Of a DNA stretch of 64,000 nt, positions 22,184-31,069 are shown piece by piece (position 1 is the first letter of the stretch; every line of letters starts with the position of its first letter). The stretch covers positions 300,020 through 364,019 of the forward strand of contig JALRHH010000001.1 in assembly GCA_023253175.1 (NCBI GenBank). The letters are read 5' to 3'. The notes under the pieces were generated by a model. The model searched no databases, was not told where the DNA came from, and saw nothing but the letters and a program-made list of their open reading frames with translations. Source of the stretch: Candidatus Saccharimonadia bacterium (lineage in GTDB: Bacteria > Patescibacteriota > Saccharimonadia > Saccharimonadales > JALRHH01). Position numbers and translations under genes: made by a program.

Positions 22184-22872
22184 TAGACACTTCCCTCAAT
22201 TATGCTGCGTAAACTGACATCACCTACCATATGAATAGCTTGCATTCCAATTTGCGTTGCACCAAGTACATCGGCACGAGCGTTATCACCAATATGCGTG
22301 ATATGACTAGCTTCTACACCTGACATATCGAGTAATCGCTGAAAAATGCGAGAATCAGGTTTTGCGTAGCCAACCTCATTAGAAAAAATCTTATACTCAA
22401 ACTTCTGGCCGATTCCAATAGCATCAAGAGCAAGACGCATTTGATCACCGTGCATATATCCCGTATTACTTATAATTGCTAATTCTCGGCCACTATCTTT
22501 TATTTGATCGAGTAATTTAGGGGTAGAATCATCAAGTAGTAACGGTAGATTTTTTTGAAATAATTTACCTTGATATTCATACAGTTCTTCCAGCATACTT
22601 TCGCTTGGCTCGGCAGCACCGACAGCTTTAGCGACCAGTCGTACGCGCTCTCCAAACAACACATCTTGCCCACGACTTTCTGCGATTTTATCTGCCATCT
22701 TATCTTGTGCTCTCACCACTTCATCAAAATCACTCTCTAGCATGTGGGGCGCGAGCAAAGAACCCATGTGGGCATTACGAATGTTCTTGAAATTACGGCC
22801 ATTGCTCTTAATGAGCGTCAGCCATAAATCAAAACTAACAAGCTCCGTATCAGGTGTGATACGCTCTAACAT
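22183..22872 (-). CDS. HAD-superfamily hydrolase
   Basis: Motif I variant SFDLWLTL (DxWxT, so the second Asp is absent), ISNTG (motif II), and a K..GDNARADVLGA motif III/IV. AAGGAG RBS. TAATG coupling to the PRTase gene. Confidence 0.65.
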   Translation of the reverse strand: MLERITPDTELVSFDLWLTLIKSNGRNFKNIRNAHMGSLLAPHMLESDFDEVVRAQDKMADKIAESRGQDVLFGERVRLVAKAVGAAEPSESMLEELYEYQGKLFQKNLPLLLDDSTPKLLDQIKDSGRELAIISNTGYMHGDQMRLALDAIGIGQKFEYKIFSNEVGYAKPDSRIFQRLLDMSGVEASHITHIGDNARADVLGATQIGMQAIHMVGDVSLRSIIEGSV

Positions 22873-22970
22873 TTCTGCTCTCCTTTGAGGTAACTGATAT
22901 GCATCCAGTTTCTGGACACATATGTATTAACTCTAAGTTCGATAAAACAGTGTGAGCTAAGCGCGGTTGG

Positions 22971-23008
22971 GGGATGGTCTCCGTTGCCGGAGCATTGGAG
23001 ACCATCCC
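22971..23008 (-). terminator. 12-bp inverted repeat downstream of the TerC-family gene
   Basis: GGGATGGTCTCC..14 nt..GGAGACCATCCC, 12 nt beyond the stop codon. It marks the left edge of the GC-rich block. Confidence 0.4.
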
Positions 23009-23019
23009 ACCGCGTACTA

Positions 23020-24156
23020 CTAGACGCCGACCGACACAGAGGTCGGAGTGCTGCTGTCCGCGTCGCCACGGTCCTGCTTGTTCAACCACCACGAGTGGAA
23101 GAAGGCAGTGCCGATGAAGGCGACACCGATGAGGCCGGTGATGACCTCTGGTACCTCGTGACCGATGCTGAAGAGCATGATCGCCGCCAGTGCGCCGATC
23201 GCCCAGTGAGCACCGTGCTCGAGGTACCGGTAGTCGTCGAGCGTCCCCTGGCGGACCAAGTAGACGGTCAGCGACCGGATGTACATCGCCCCGATGCCGA
23301 GACCCGCCGCGATGATGAAGATGTTGCTGCTGATCGCGAACGCGCCGATCACACCGTCGAACGAGAAGGACGCGTCCAGAACCTCGAGGTAGAGGAACAG
23401 GAAGAACGCCTGCTTGCCGACAGCCTGCACGACCGTGTTCGGACCACCGAGCGACTTCTCCACCGCCTCCACGTCTCCATGGATGCCGGCTCGGACCTCG
23501 TCGAGCTCGTCGGCCCCTTCGCTCTCGAACAGCTCACCCAGACCGTTGACGGCCAGGTAGGTGACGAGACCCAGGACTCCCGAGAACAACACGGTACCGG
23601 GCTCTTCCGCCAAGGTCTTGGACACCACGCAGAGCGCGATGGCCGCCACCACGACAGACAGCTGGTCCAGCTTGCCGATGCGCGCGAGCGGACGCTCGAG
23701 CCACGACAGCCAGGTGATCTCCCGGTCCTCGAACAGCCAGTCCAAGACCAGCATGAGGAGGAACATCCCACCGAACGCAGCGATGCTCGCGTGCGCATGG
23801 TGCAGCAGGTACGCGTAGGTGCCCGACTCGTGGATGCTGCCGCCGGCGAGTGCCTTGTCGATCGTCTCCACCGGTCCGAGACCAGCAGAGAGCATGACCA
23901 CGAGCAGCGGGAAGACCAGCCGCATGCCGAAGACGGCGATGATGATGCCGACCGACAGGAAGATCTTCTGCCACCAGGGGGACATGCGCTCCAGCACCTT
24001 GGCGTTCACGACGGCGTTGTCAAACGACAACGACACCTCGAGCACGCTCAGGATGAAGACGATGGCCAAGGCAGAAGGACCTCCGAGGTACAGCGCCAGC
24101 AGCAAGCCGATGGCGGTGACCCCGAGGGACCACTTGAAGTGACGAAGCAGGTTCAT
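23020..24156 (-). CDS. TerC-family / DUF475-type integral membrane protein
   Basis: LEVSLSFDNAVVNAKVL and EVLDASFSFDGVIGAFA paired motifs with multiple TM helices. AAGGAG RBS. GC-rich. Confidence 0.8.
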   Translation of the reverse strand: MNLLRHFKWSLGVTAIGLLLALYLGGPSALAIVFILSVLEVSLSFDNAVVNAKVLERMSPWWQKIFLSVGIIIAVFGMRLVFPLLVVMLSAGLGPVETIDKALAGGSIHESGTYAYLLHHAHASIAAFGGMFLLMLVLDWLFEDREITWLSWLERPLARIGKLDQLSVVVAAIALCVVSKTLAEEPGTVLFSGVLGLVTYLAVNGLGELFESEGADELDEVRAGIHGDVEAVEKSLGGPNTVVQAVGKQAFFLFLYLEVLDASFSFDGVIGAFAISSNIFIIAAGLGIGAMYIRSLTVYLVRQGTLDDYRYLEHGAHWAIGALAAIMLFSIGHEVPEVITGLIGVAFIGTAFFHSWWLNKQDRGDADSSTPTSVSVGV

Positions 24157-24174
24157 CTTGACTCCTTTCGGGGG

Positions 24175-24345
24175 TCAGTTGGAACGAGAAGTGGACTTAC
24201 GCCGCCCGACATAGAGCCAGAACGGTGCACCGAGGATGAAGCCGATGAACATGTTGCTGAACATCAGCACCTTGAACTGCGAGATCATCGAGTACACGAT
24301 GACCACAGCCAGCAGCAGGAATGCTGCCTTCGTACCCTTGGACAT
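24175..24345 (-). CDS. small membrane protein (56 aa), absent from the ORF track
   Basis: My translation is MSKGTKAAFLLLAVVIVYSMISQFKVLMFSNMFIGFILGAPFWLYVGRRKSTSRSN, with GGAAGAGG upstream. It ends 19 nt before the TerC-family start. Confidence 0.45.
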   Translation of the reverse strand: MSKGTKAAFLLLAVVIVYSMISQFKVLMFSNMFIGFILGAPFWLYVGRRKSTSRSN

Positions 24346-24363
24346 GAAACTACCTCTTCCTGG

Positions 24364-24546
24364 CTACCAGGTCGACGAACGACTGATCTGCTTGTAGGCG
24401 ACCAGGCCGACGGCGACGATGATGGTGACGATGACGACGCCAACGATGTGGCCGAAGATGAACTTGACCATCAGGAACAGGAGCACCAGCGCCGCGACGG
24501 CACCAATGATCTTCCCGGCGTTCTTCTGCAAGAACGTCACGTTCAT
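24364..24546 (-). CDS. small membrane protein (60 aa)
   Basis: Start trimmed to MNVTFLQKNAGKIIGAVAALVLLFLMV, which follows an AAGGAAA RBS. Two hydrophobic helices. Confidence 0.45.
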   Translation of the reverse strand: MNVTFLQKNAGKIIGAVAALVLLFLMVKFIFGHIVGVVIVTIIVAVGLVAYKQISRSSTW

Positions 24547-24824
24547 ACGGATTTCCTTTACGCTTGAAGGGGCTTGTAGCACTTATCTCGGAGAGAGCAA
24601 GCAATCTAAGCACGATATCCCTGATCAGATTGCTTGCCCCCTCAACAAGAGGCTTAACTCACACTATTAAGGTGCATGTATTTCGCCAAATATATGGTCA
24701 GTCACATACAGACTGTATATTATATAATTTTACGTATATTTTTTCAATACTATTTACTACGCTCTATCAGGGTAATGTTGCGGGTTGCAAGCAGAGCGCC
24801 GATACAAAGCAGTACATAGTAATA

Positions 24825-24872
24825 GCGGGTGGCCTCTTGATCACGACAAAGTCGGAAAAAGAGGCCACCCGC
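24825..24872 (-). terminator. 14-bp inverted repeat downstream of terD
   Basis: GCGGGTGGCCTCTT..20 nt..AAGAGGCCACCCGC. Confidence 0.4.
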
Positions 24873-24954
24873 AGGGTAAAGCTGAAGCCGGCTGGCCAAA
24901 GCTAGTCTGTCACTAGGGACAGATGTGATTCAACCAACCGGCGACTTGGACAGC

Positions 24955-25536
24955 TCAGTTGAGACTGACACCGTGGTCGCGGCAGAGACCGGCGAGTCCG
25001 TCGTTGTAGCCCTGGCCGACGGCCCGGAACTTCCAGTCTCCGCCGTTGCGGTAGAGCTCGCCGAACACGACGGCCGTCTCGAGCGAGAAGTCCTCACCGA
25101 GGTCGAAGCGCGCCAGCTCGGTGCTGGTGCTGTCGTCGACGATCCGGATGAAGGCGTTCTTCACTTGGCCGAAGTTCTGACCGCGCTCGGTGGCCTCGTA
25201 GATCGTCACCGCGACGGTGATCCTGTCGGCCATCGGCGCGACCTCGTTCAGCTTGATGCTGATCTGCTCGTCGTCACCGTCGCCGGCACCGGTGAGGTTG
25301 TCACCGTTGTGCATGACGGAGCCGTCGGGCGCGGTGAGGTTACCGTAGAACACGAAGTGCTTGTCCGTCAGCACCTTGCCGGAGTCGTCGACGATGAACG
25401 CCGAGGCGTCGAGGTCGAACTCCGCGCCGGCGGTGGTGCGTGCGTCCCAGCCGAGGGCGACGGTCACGCTGGTCAGCGCACCACCGGCCTCCTTGCTGAG
25501 GTTGACGTTGCCGCCCTTCTGGAGCGAAACAGCCAT
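24955..25536 (-). CDS. terD: TerD-family stress/tellurite resistance protein
   Basis: MAVSLQKGGNVNL, LGWD, DLDASAF, GDNLTGAGDGDDEQI and the GELYR..WKFRAVGQGY tail are the canonical TerD pattern. Confidence 0.93.
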   Translation of the reverse strand: MAVSLQKGGNVNLSKEAGGALTSVTVALGWDARTTAGAEFDLDASAFIVDDSGKVLTDKHFVFYGNLTAPDGSVMHNGDNLTGAGDGDDEQISIKLNEVAPMADRITVAVTIYEATERGQNFGQVKNAFIRIVDDSTSTELARFDLGEDFSLETAVVFGELYRNGGDWKFRAVGQGYNDGLAGLCRDHGVSLN

Positions 25537-25608
25537 GATGACTTCCTTCCTTGGGCATTGTATACCCGGTTGCAGCGCCGCGGAGTTGCGGTGCTGATGA
25601 GAAGAGAA

Positions 25609-26757
25609 CTACAGGTCCTGCTGACCAAGCATCTCGAGGATGCCGTTCGCACGTCCGGTCCGACGTACTTCGATCACATGCCTGCCCACATCGTCAGACG
25701 ACGCGTATAGCACGATGAGATCGCCCTGGTTGAACGTCCGCGTCCCGAGTTGCAGGGGAAAGCGAACGAGGTACTGCGCCGGCCACGGAACAGTGCCGTA
25801 GGCACGCCCATACCGGTAGCGGATGCGCCGGGTGAGCAGGGCAGAGCGGAGCTGCTCGCTGAGCTGGTAAGCAGCCGCAGGATCTGCGACTGACTCCCAG
25901 AAAGCAGTGAGCTGCTCTCGGCTCGCCTTGTCACCGGCACGCTTCTGCTGCTGAACAGGGTCCGTCATACACCACGGGTCAAACCCAAGCTCGAGGTCAT
26001 CGAGAGTAGGCTTGTAGCGCAGTGCCGTAACGTACACCTGGCCGAGCAGGTAAGGCGCCCACAGCTGCTGTCCGATCGTGAAGATCTCGCTCACAACAGG
26101 AAGCGCCTCCCGGACAAGCTGCTTACGGCTTTCCACCGACAAGCTTGTCCGCCAGCTCGACTGCAGATAGACGAACACGTCAGCCTTGGGCTGCAGTGCC
26201 GACTTGGCGGTCTGGTATACGTCCTGCATGCGCTTGGCGATGCCGAGCTTCTCGATCTGCTGGAGGTCAGAGACCACCTGCAAATAGATTGCTTCAAACA
26301 CCGCCCACACACCGACATATCCCAAACCATGGATCTTCAGGTCAGGCAACGAAACCAACGATGCGTTGAGCGGCTTCGATCCATGATCAAGTTCACTCTG
26401 CAGCGTAATGGCTCGCATGGTCATGCTACCGGCCAGGTCGCACAAGGAGTCGCACTCCTGATACACCTGAGTAGGCAGCACCTCTTCGGACTCGTACAGC
26501 ACGACAACACCGTCCAGATAGCTCGTCGCCGCCTGCCAAAGCACGGCCGCCAGCCACTGGGCGTGCGTGATCGCCATCGTCGGCACCGGTGCAGTCCAGG
26601 GCGTGGTGCCCGAAGCCTGCATCTGCGCCACCACAGCATCAAACACCTGTGTCGTCTTGTACTGGTTGTCTACGGTCCTACCAAGCAGTTCAGCAACCTG
26701 AGGGTCGCCGCCTGCCACCGGACCTTGACGTCCGTACATGGGGGCAAACCCAAACAT
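25609..26757 (-). CDS. hypothetical protein (382 aa), GC-rich
   Basis: AAGGAG RBS. No motif recognised. Embedded in the Ter island. Confidence 0.55.
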   Translation of the reverse strand: MFGFAPMYGRQGPVAGGDPQVAELLGRTVDNQYKTTQVFDAVVAQMQASGTTPWTAPVPTMAITHAQWLAAVLWQAATSYLDGVVVLYESEEVLPTQVYQECDSLCDLAGSMTMRAITLQSELDHGSKPLNASLVSLPDLKIHGLGYVGVWAVFEAIYLQVVSDLQQIEKLGIAKRMQDVYQTAKSALQPKADVFVYLQSSWRTSLSVESRKQLVREALPVVSEIFTIGQQLWAPYLLGQVYVTALRYKPTLDDLELGFDPWCMTDPVQQQKRAGDKASREQLTAFWESVADPAAAYQLSEQLRSALLTRRIRYRYGRAYGTVPWPAQYLVRFPLQLGTRTFNQGDLIVLYASSDDVGRHVIEVRRTGRANGILEMLGQQDL

Positions 26758-26970
26758 CGCTCACTCCTTGGATTGGTTGGTTGAATTCTTAACGAGCTCC
26801 TCAAGACTTTGATGTTCTCTCTGTCGAAAAGCCCTATTATTGTATCATAAAAAGTATCCTATACAACTGTTTTGTTAATATAGCCAAATATTGACTTTGT
26901 ATGTTTTTATGAATATAATCGCCCCAGTCAACAAGCGTTGATGCACCTCGACAGATTGGAAGTGAATACC

Positions 26971-27738
26971 ATGGGCGTTTCGCTCGAGAAGGTTCAGCAG
27001 CAAGCTCCGCATCTGGTCAGCCTCGTCAAGGAGACGAGCGTGATCCTGGAGAAGAAGGGCCTCAACCCGGAGAGCTACAAGGCGGCCGTCGTCGGCACGC
27101 TCGACTTCAGCGGCTCCGCGTCCGGCCTCTACCAGAACGGCACCATGCAGCGCGCGGCCGACCTCGGCTTCGCCGCCGGTCTCGTCTTCGACGACGACGG
27201 CTCCGTGCCGTTCTCGCTCTTCGACAGCGGCGTGACCGACATCGGCGAGATCACCCTCGGCAACTGCCAGGGCTTCGTCGACAAGGCCATCCGCGGCCGC
27301 CGCATGGGCAGCACCGACTACGTGTCCGCGCTGAAGTGGATCGTGGACACCGCCGGCTTCGGCAAGGTCAACCTCGGCTCCGGCGGTGGTGGCTTCTTCC
27401 GGAAGGGATCGTCCCTCGAGGTCAAGGCCAAGGCCCAGTACCCGACGTACGCGCTCTTCGTCACCGACGGCGAGCCGAACGGGGGTACCGAGGGCCAGAT
27501 CCGCCAGTACCTGACGCAGATGTCCCAGCTGCCGATCTTCGTGCAGTTCGTCGGCGTCGGTCCGCACCAGTTCCAGTTCCTCCGCCAGCTCGACGAGCTC
27601 GACGGTCGACTGATCGACAACGCAGGCTTCTTCGACGCCAAGGAGGTCGGCAACGACCAGAGCAAGATGCTCGAGGCCATGCTCTCCGAGTTCCCGCAGT
27701 ACTACGCCGACGCGCGTCGTCAGGGCCTCGTGGGCTGA
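26971..27738 (+). CDS. vWA-domain protein of the TerF-C-terminal / TerY-like type
   Basis: MIDAS-like DFSGSAS, FVTDGEPNG and PIFVQFVGVG. Start trimmed to ATG 26971 (MGVSLEKVQQQAP). Confidence 0.7.
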   Translation: MGVSLEKVQQQAPHLVSLVKETSVILEKKGLNPESYKAAVVGTLDFSGSASGLYQNGTMQRAADLGFAAGLVFDDDGSVPFSLFDSGVTDIGEITLGNCQGFVDKAIRGRRMGSTDYVSALKWIVDTAGFGKVNLGSGGGGFFRKGSSLEVKAKAQYPTYALFVTDGEPNGGTEGQIRQYLTQMSQLPIFVQFVGVGPHQFQFLRQLDELDGRLIDNAGFFDAKEVGNDQSKMLEAMLSEFPQYYADARRQGLVG

Positions 27739-27864
27739 TCCTCCGGCATCCCGCCAACCACACAACTTCATACCATCTGTCGAAGGGCTGCATACTGACT
27801 TTTACGCTTCACGCGTTCAAAAAAGATCAGTATGCAGCCCAACGACACACCCTTTATGCATATC

Positions 27865-27899
27865 AAAAACACCCGCGTAAGGTTTGCGGGTGTTTTTTT
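27865..27899. terminator. bidirectional rho-independent terminator
   Basis: AAAAACACCCGC-GTAAGGTTT-GCGGGTGTTTTT between the convergent vWA and TerD-like genes. Confidence 0.6.
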
Positions 27900-28031
27900 A
27901 TTATCACAATATATCGTATCCAAAAATTGCGTAAACGGCCCACCTGGTTCCGAGAAGAAAATCTCCTCAAGGTTCCAGGTGGGCCGCTTATGCGACTAGC
28001 TATGAAATTATAGGTGCAAGCAGCAGGAGAA

Positions 28032-28667
28032 CTACTTGGTCTTGCCCTCGGGGCCGTGGTCCATGAGGACCTGGTCACCCCTGTAGCCGACGCGCTTCTC
28101 CGAGCCCGGCTTGGAGTACAGCTCCAGGTTGACCACGGACAGGTGACCGTCCTGCTCGAAGAGCACCTCGCCGAAGCAGAGGGTGTACTGGGTGCCGTTG
28201 GCGCTGGCGTCGGCGGCGCTCAGGCTGACCACCTGCGGTCCGTTCTCGATGTTGACGTAGACGCCGTACTCGCGGAACGATCCTTGGCCGTTCTCGAGGG
28301 CCGAGTACGACGACAGGGCGACCGACGCGATGTCGGGGTGCCACGTGATGTCGATCTTCTCGAGGTCTCCCGGGTTCGTGACGTCGCCGTGGTGGCGGAT
28401 CGCCCCCTCGGAGGTCTTGAGCACCTCGTCCCGGTTGGCAGCACCGACGTAGACCTGGCGACCGTCACGGTAGCGCACGAGCGCCTTGAGGTCGTAATCC
28501 TTGCCCTCGGCCGTCCAGCCGTTGCTGACCACGATGGTCGTGTCACCGGCGGACGGCTTGGTCAGGGTGACCCTGGAACCCTTGGTCAGGTTGACCCCAC
28601 CGGTGGGCGGAGCAGCCTGCTGCACGGGTGCCTGCGGAGCCGAGCTCTTCTTGTCGAACAGTCCCAT
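28032..28667 (-). CDS. divergent TerD-fold protein (211 aa)
   Basis: GVNLTKGSRVTLTK, NGWTAEGKDYDLKALV and GDVTNPGD..EKIDI resemble the TerD/CABP1 beta-sandwich. AGGAAGGA RBS. Confidence 0.55.
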   Translation of the reverse strand: MGLFDKKSSAPQAPVQQAAPPTGGVNLTKGSRVTLTKPSAGDTTIVVSNGWTAEGKDYDLKALVRYRDGRQVYVGAANRDEVLKTSEGAIRHHGDVTNPGDLEKIDITWHPDIASVALSSYSALENGQGSFREYGVYVNIENGPQVVSLSAADASANGTQYTLCFGEVLFEQDGHLSVVNLELYSKPGSEKRVGYRGDQVLMDHGPEGKTK

Positions 28668-28978
28668 GGGGAGTCCTTCCTAAAAATACTAGTCGCTGAT
28701 CCGAACCCATTTGGGGACGGTATAAAGCGATAAATTCTAAATTGTTAATGTGCGTAGTTTCGTCGTTTACGACTCTTCAGTGTGGCTTACATCCACAGAC
28801 TATGCGGGGGTATCATGATTGAAGGCTGCGAATTAACGACAGCGATCGCACATGCACCCCCTCGGGATTAATGGCACCCGTGTGGCCAGTATGTTCACGT
28901 GTCCAAGTGGACACGGAAGAACCTCTACATACATGAGGGTGATGGTGCTCGCTCCAAGGAACGAGTCATCTGGTTCAA

Positions 28979-30262
28979 TCAGCCAGCGGAAGGACCCGCG
29001 GGCAGCGCCAGGATCTGACGGGACGAGCCGACGATGCTGTTGACGACCTGCTCGTTGTAGTGAGCGCTGGAGCCATCCAGGATGAGCTTGGACTGACCCA
29101 TGGTGGCGTCCAGCTCAGCACGCTTGCGCGAACCTTCCTCGACCTCGGTGAGGATGTTCTCGGCCATCTGAACGAGCGAGTCCGTCACCGCAGTGATGGT
29201 CTCCGGCAGCAGCGTGGGCGTCTGCACCGCACGCATGATCTGACCTGCCGCCTGAGCCGAGTTGGCCGCCACCTGCTGCAGCATGTCGTTGGTCGCGCTG
29301 GAGACCGCCTCGTTGGCCTTGGCAGCCTCGAGCGACTCCGCCATCATCCGCCACTGGACGATCGCCAGCTTCATGGTGGGGATGGTGAGCCCGACAGCCT
29401 CGTTGAGCTTCTCGGCCATACCAACGTTCAGGACACGCATCATGCGCACCTGCGGCGACGTAGCCCAGGCGACCCACAGCCGGCCCTTGTACTCACCGAT
29501 CTTCACGTCCATCTGGAGGATCAGGTCGGCGTAGCGCTGCTTGAGCTCGGCGTTCTTGTTGCCGGTGGTCGGGTCATCCGGAGGGATGGTGGCCACCTGC
29601 TGCCGCGCCTGCTCGGCGATGCACTCCATGACGGCGATCGCAGAGATCAGCTGGAAGATCGCAACCTCGTTCTCGCCGTAGAGCTGATCGAGGTACGCGA
29701 TGTTCCGCATGGCCTGCATCTTGTGCTGGTTCAGGTCCTTGAGGATCTTCTCCAGCTGGGTGTCGACGGACTGCATGTCGACGAGCATCGCCTGGACGTA
29801 GTTGCGGCCCTTGCGGAACCACTTCTTGACGAAGCTGCTCTCCCACTCGTCGTACGACTTCTTGCCCTCGGGGGTGTTGAGGTCGTACCTGCCCTTGAGG
29901 GACTTCGAGGTGAGGGTGAGCTCGCGCATGATGTCCCTGACGAACCCGGTGTCGTTGGCCGGCAGCTCACGCATGAGGCGGTCGATGAGACCGTTGACCC
30001 CTTGGAGCGCCGACTGCCCGTGGTTCATGAGAACCTGGGTGTTGTTCAGCATCTCCGGCAAGAGCTTGGCGGCCTCGGCCTGGACCTTGGCGAGCTCCGA
30101 CGGTGGGATCATGTCCTTACAGACGACACCACTGCGGGACTCGGGGGTCTCGCTGACGGTCGCCAGTCCAGACGCGATGGGCTTCTCCGGCTGCGGGGCA
30201 ACCTCCAGGGGAGGGGCCTCCGTGGGGGCGCCGGGGACTTCGAACTGCAGTGGGGTGGTCAT
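28979..30262 (-). CDS. telA: TelA/KlaA toxic-anion-resistance family protein
   Basis: Long helical protein with LKGRYD, VDTQLEKILKDLNQHK, LDQLYGENE and IPTMKLAIVQWRM, which is the TelA pattern. AAGGAGG RBS. Confidence 0.85.
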   Translation of the reverse strand: MTTPLQFEVPGAPTEAPPLEVAPQPEKPIASGLATVSETPESRSGVVCKDMIPPSELAKVQAEAAKLLPEMLNNTQVLMNHGQSALQGVNGLIDRLMRELPANDTGFVRDIMRELTLTSKSLKGRYDLNTPEGKKSYDEWESSFVKKWFRKGRNYVQAMLVDMQSVDTQLEKILKDLNQHKMQAMRNIAYLDQLYGENEVAIFQLISAIAVMECIAEQARQQVATIPPDDPTTGNKNAELKQRYADLILQMDVKIGEYKGRLWVAWATSPQVRMMRVLNVGMAEKLNEAVGLTIPTMKLAIVQWRMMAESLEAAKANEAVSSATNDMLQQVAANSAQAAGQIMRAVQTPTLLPETITAVTDSLVQMAENILTEVEEGSRKRAELDATMGQSKLILDGSSAHYNEQVVNSIVGSSRQILALPAGPSAG

Positions 30263-30296
30263 CGACCAGCCTCCTTTTCCTTGGTTGGGATGTAGC

Positions 30297-30743
30297 TCAG
30301 CTGAACCGCTGCGCTGACAGAATCTTGGTGTCGACTCCGAAGTTGGTCATGCTCTGGGTGCCACTCGGCGTTGCCTTGCTCAGTACTCGAGCCGCGAAAC
30401 CATCCACGGCGTCAAAGCCCTCCTGCAAGTGCTCGTCACGACTCGGGTAACCAAAGTCGTTCTGAATGATCACGTACTGCTCGAGTACGCGTACCACCGC
30501 CTTGAGATTCTCCTGGAACTGCATGATGTCACTGTCAGAGGGCTTACCGTCTGGGCTGTTACGCACCAAAAACGGCTCGCCGTTCTGAGCGATCAACGTC
30601 AACAGGACCTTGAGCCTCGGGGCGGTGATCTGGATCCGAGTCTGTCCGATGTCGTCGAGCAGAGCACGTACTCTGCCGAGCGAATACTCGGGCTCGGTCT
30701 TCGGGACAGACTGGCTTGACTGATTGTTCTTGAACCAACCCAT
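30297..30743 (-). CDS. hypothetical protein (148 aa), immediately upstream of and co-oriented with telA
   Basis: Start trimmed to MGWFKNNQ, which follows a perfect AAGGAGG. Ends 35 nt before the telA start. Confidence 0.55.
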   Translation of the reverse strand: MGWFKNNQSSQSVPKTEPEYSLGRVRALLDDIGQTRIQITAPRLKVLLTLIAQNGEPFLVRNSPDGKPSDSDIMQFQENLKAVVRVLEQYVIIQNDFGYPSRDEHLQEGFDAVDGFAARVLSKATPSGTQSMTNFGVDTKILSAQRFS

Positions 30744-30994
30744 ATCGCTACCTCCTTTCAATCTGGTGGCAGTGTTGTAACGACGGTTTTGGGACATGAA
30801 AAGAACGAGATTGAAGTAAGAAGAATATATCATTTTTATACTTATAAGTCAATGAAGTTGCCATATGGTCAACTACTTATATTTACATACAACACTTTTC
30901 AGATATAGACTAGTGCCATCATGTCTATTTACAGAGAATAACAAAACAGGTAGAATTACTTTTGTTATCTTTCTCTCAAGAGAGTCACCACTAT

Positions 30995-31069
30995 TCCGAG
31001 GTGGCGCAGCGGTAGCGCAGTTGACTGTTAATCAATTGGTCGCGGGTTCGAATCCCGCCCTCGGAGCCA
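30995..31069 (+). tRNA. tRNA-Asn (anticodon GTT), CCA encoded
   Basis: Manual cloverleaf: acceptor TCCGAGG/CCTCGGA, D arm GCGC-AGCGGTA-GCGC, anticodon arm GTTGA-CTGTTAA-TCAAT, T arm GCGGG-TTCGAAT-CCCGC, discriminator G, then CCA. Confidence 0.95.

Noticed and set aside
22984-24567. 527-aa plus-strand ORF, the longest ORF in the island
   Set aside because: It is antisense to the recognisable TerC/DUF475 gene. Its low-complexity R/D/E/H-rich translation is typical of a shadow ORF in high-GC DNA, and it has no RBS.
24925-30317. Other long antisense or alternative-frame ORFs in the GC-rich block (24925-25710 +, 26875-27771 -, 27336-28013 +, 28014-28733 +, 29060-30295 +, 29802-30317 +, and many ORFs of 60-150 aa)
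   Set aside because: Each lies opposite to, or in another frame of, a gene with clear family motifs (TerD, vWA, TerD-like, TelA). Their translations are Arg/Gly/Asp-rich low-complexity sequence, as expected for high-GC shadow frames.
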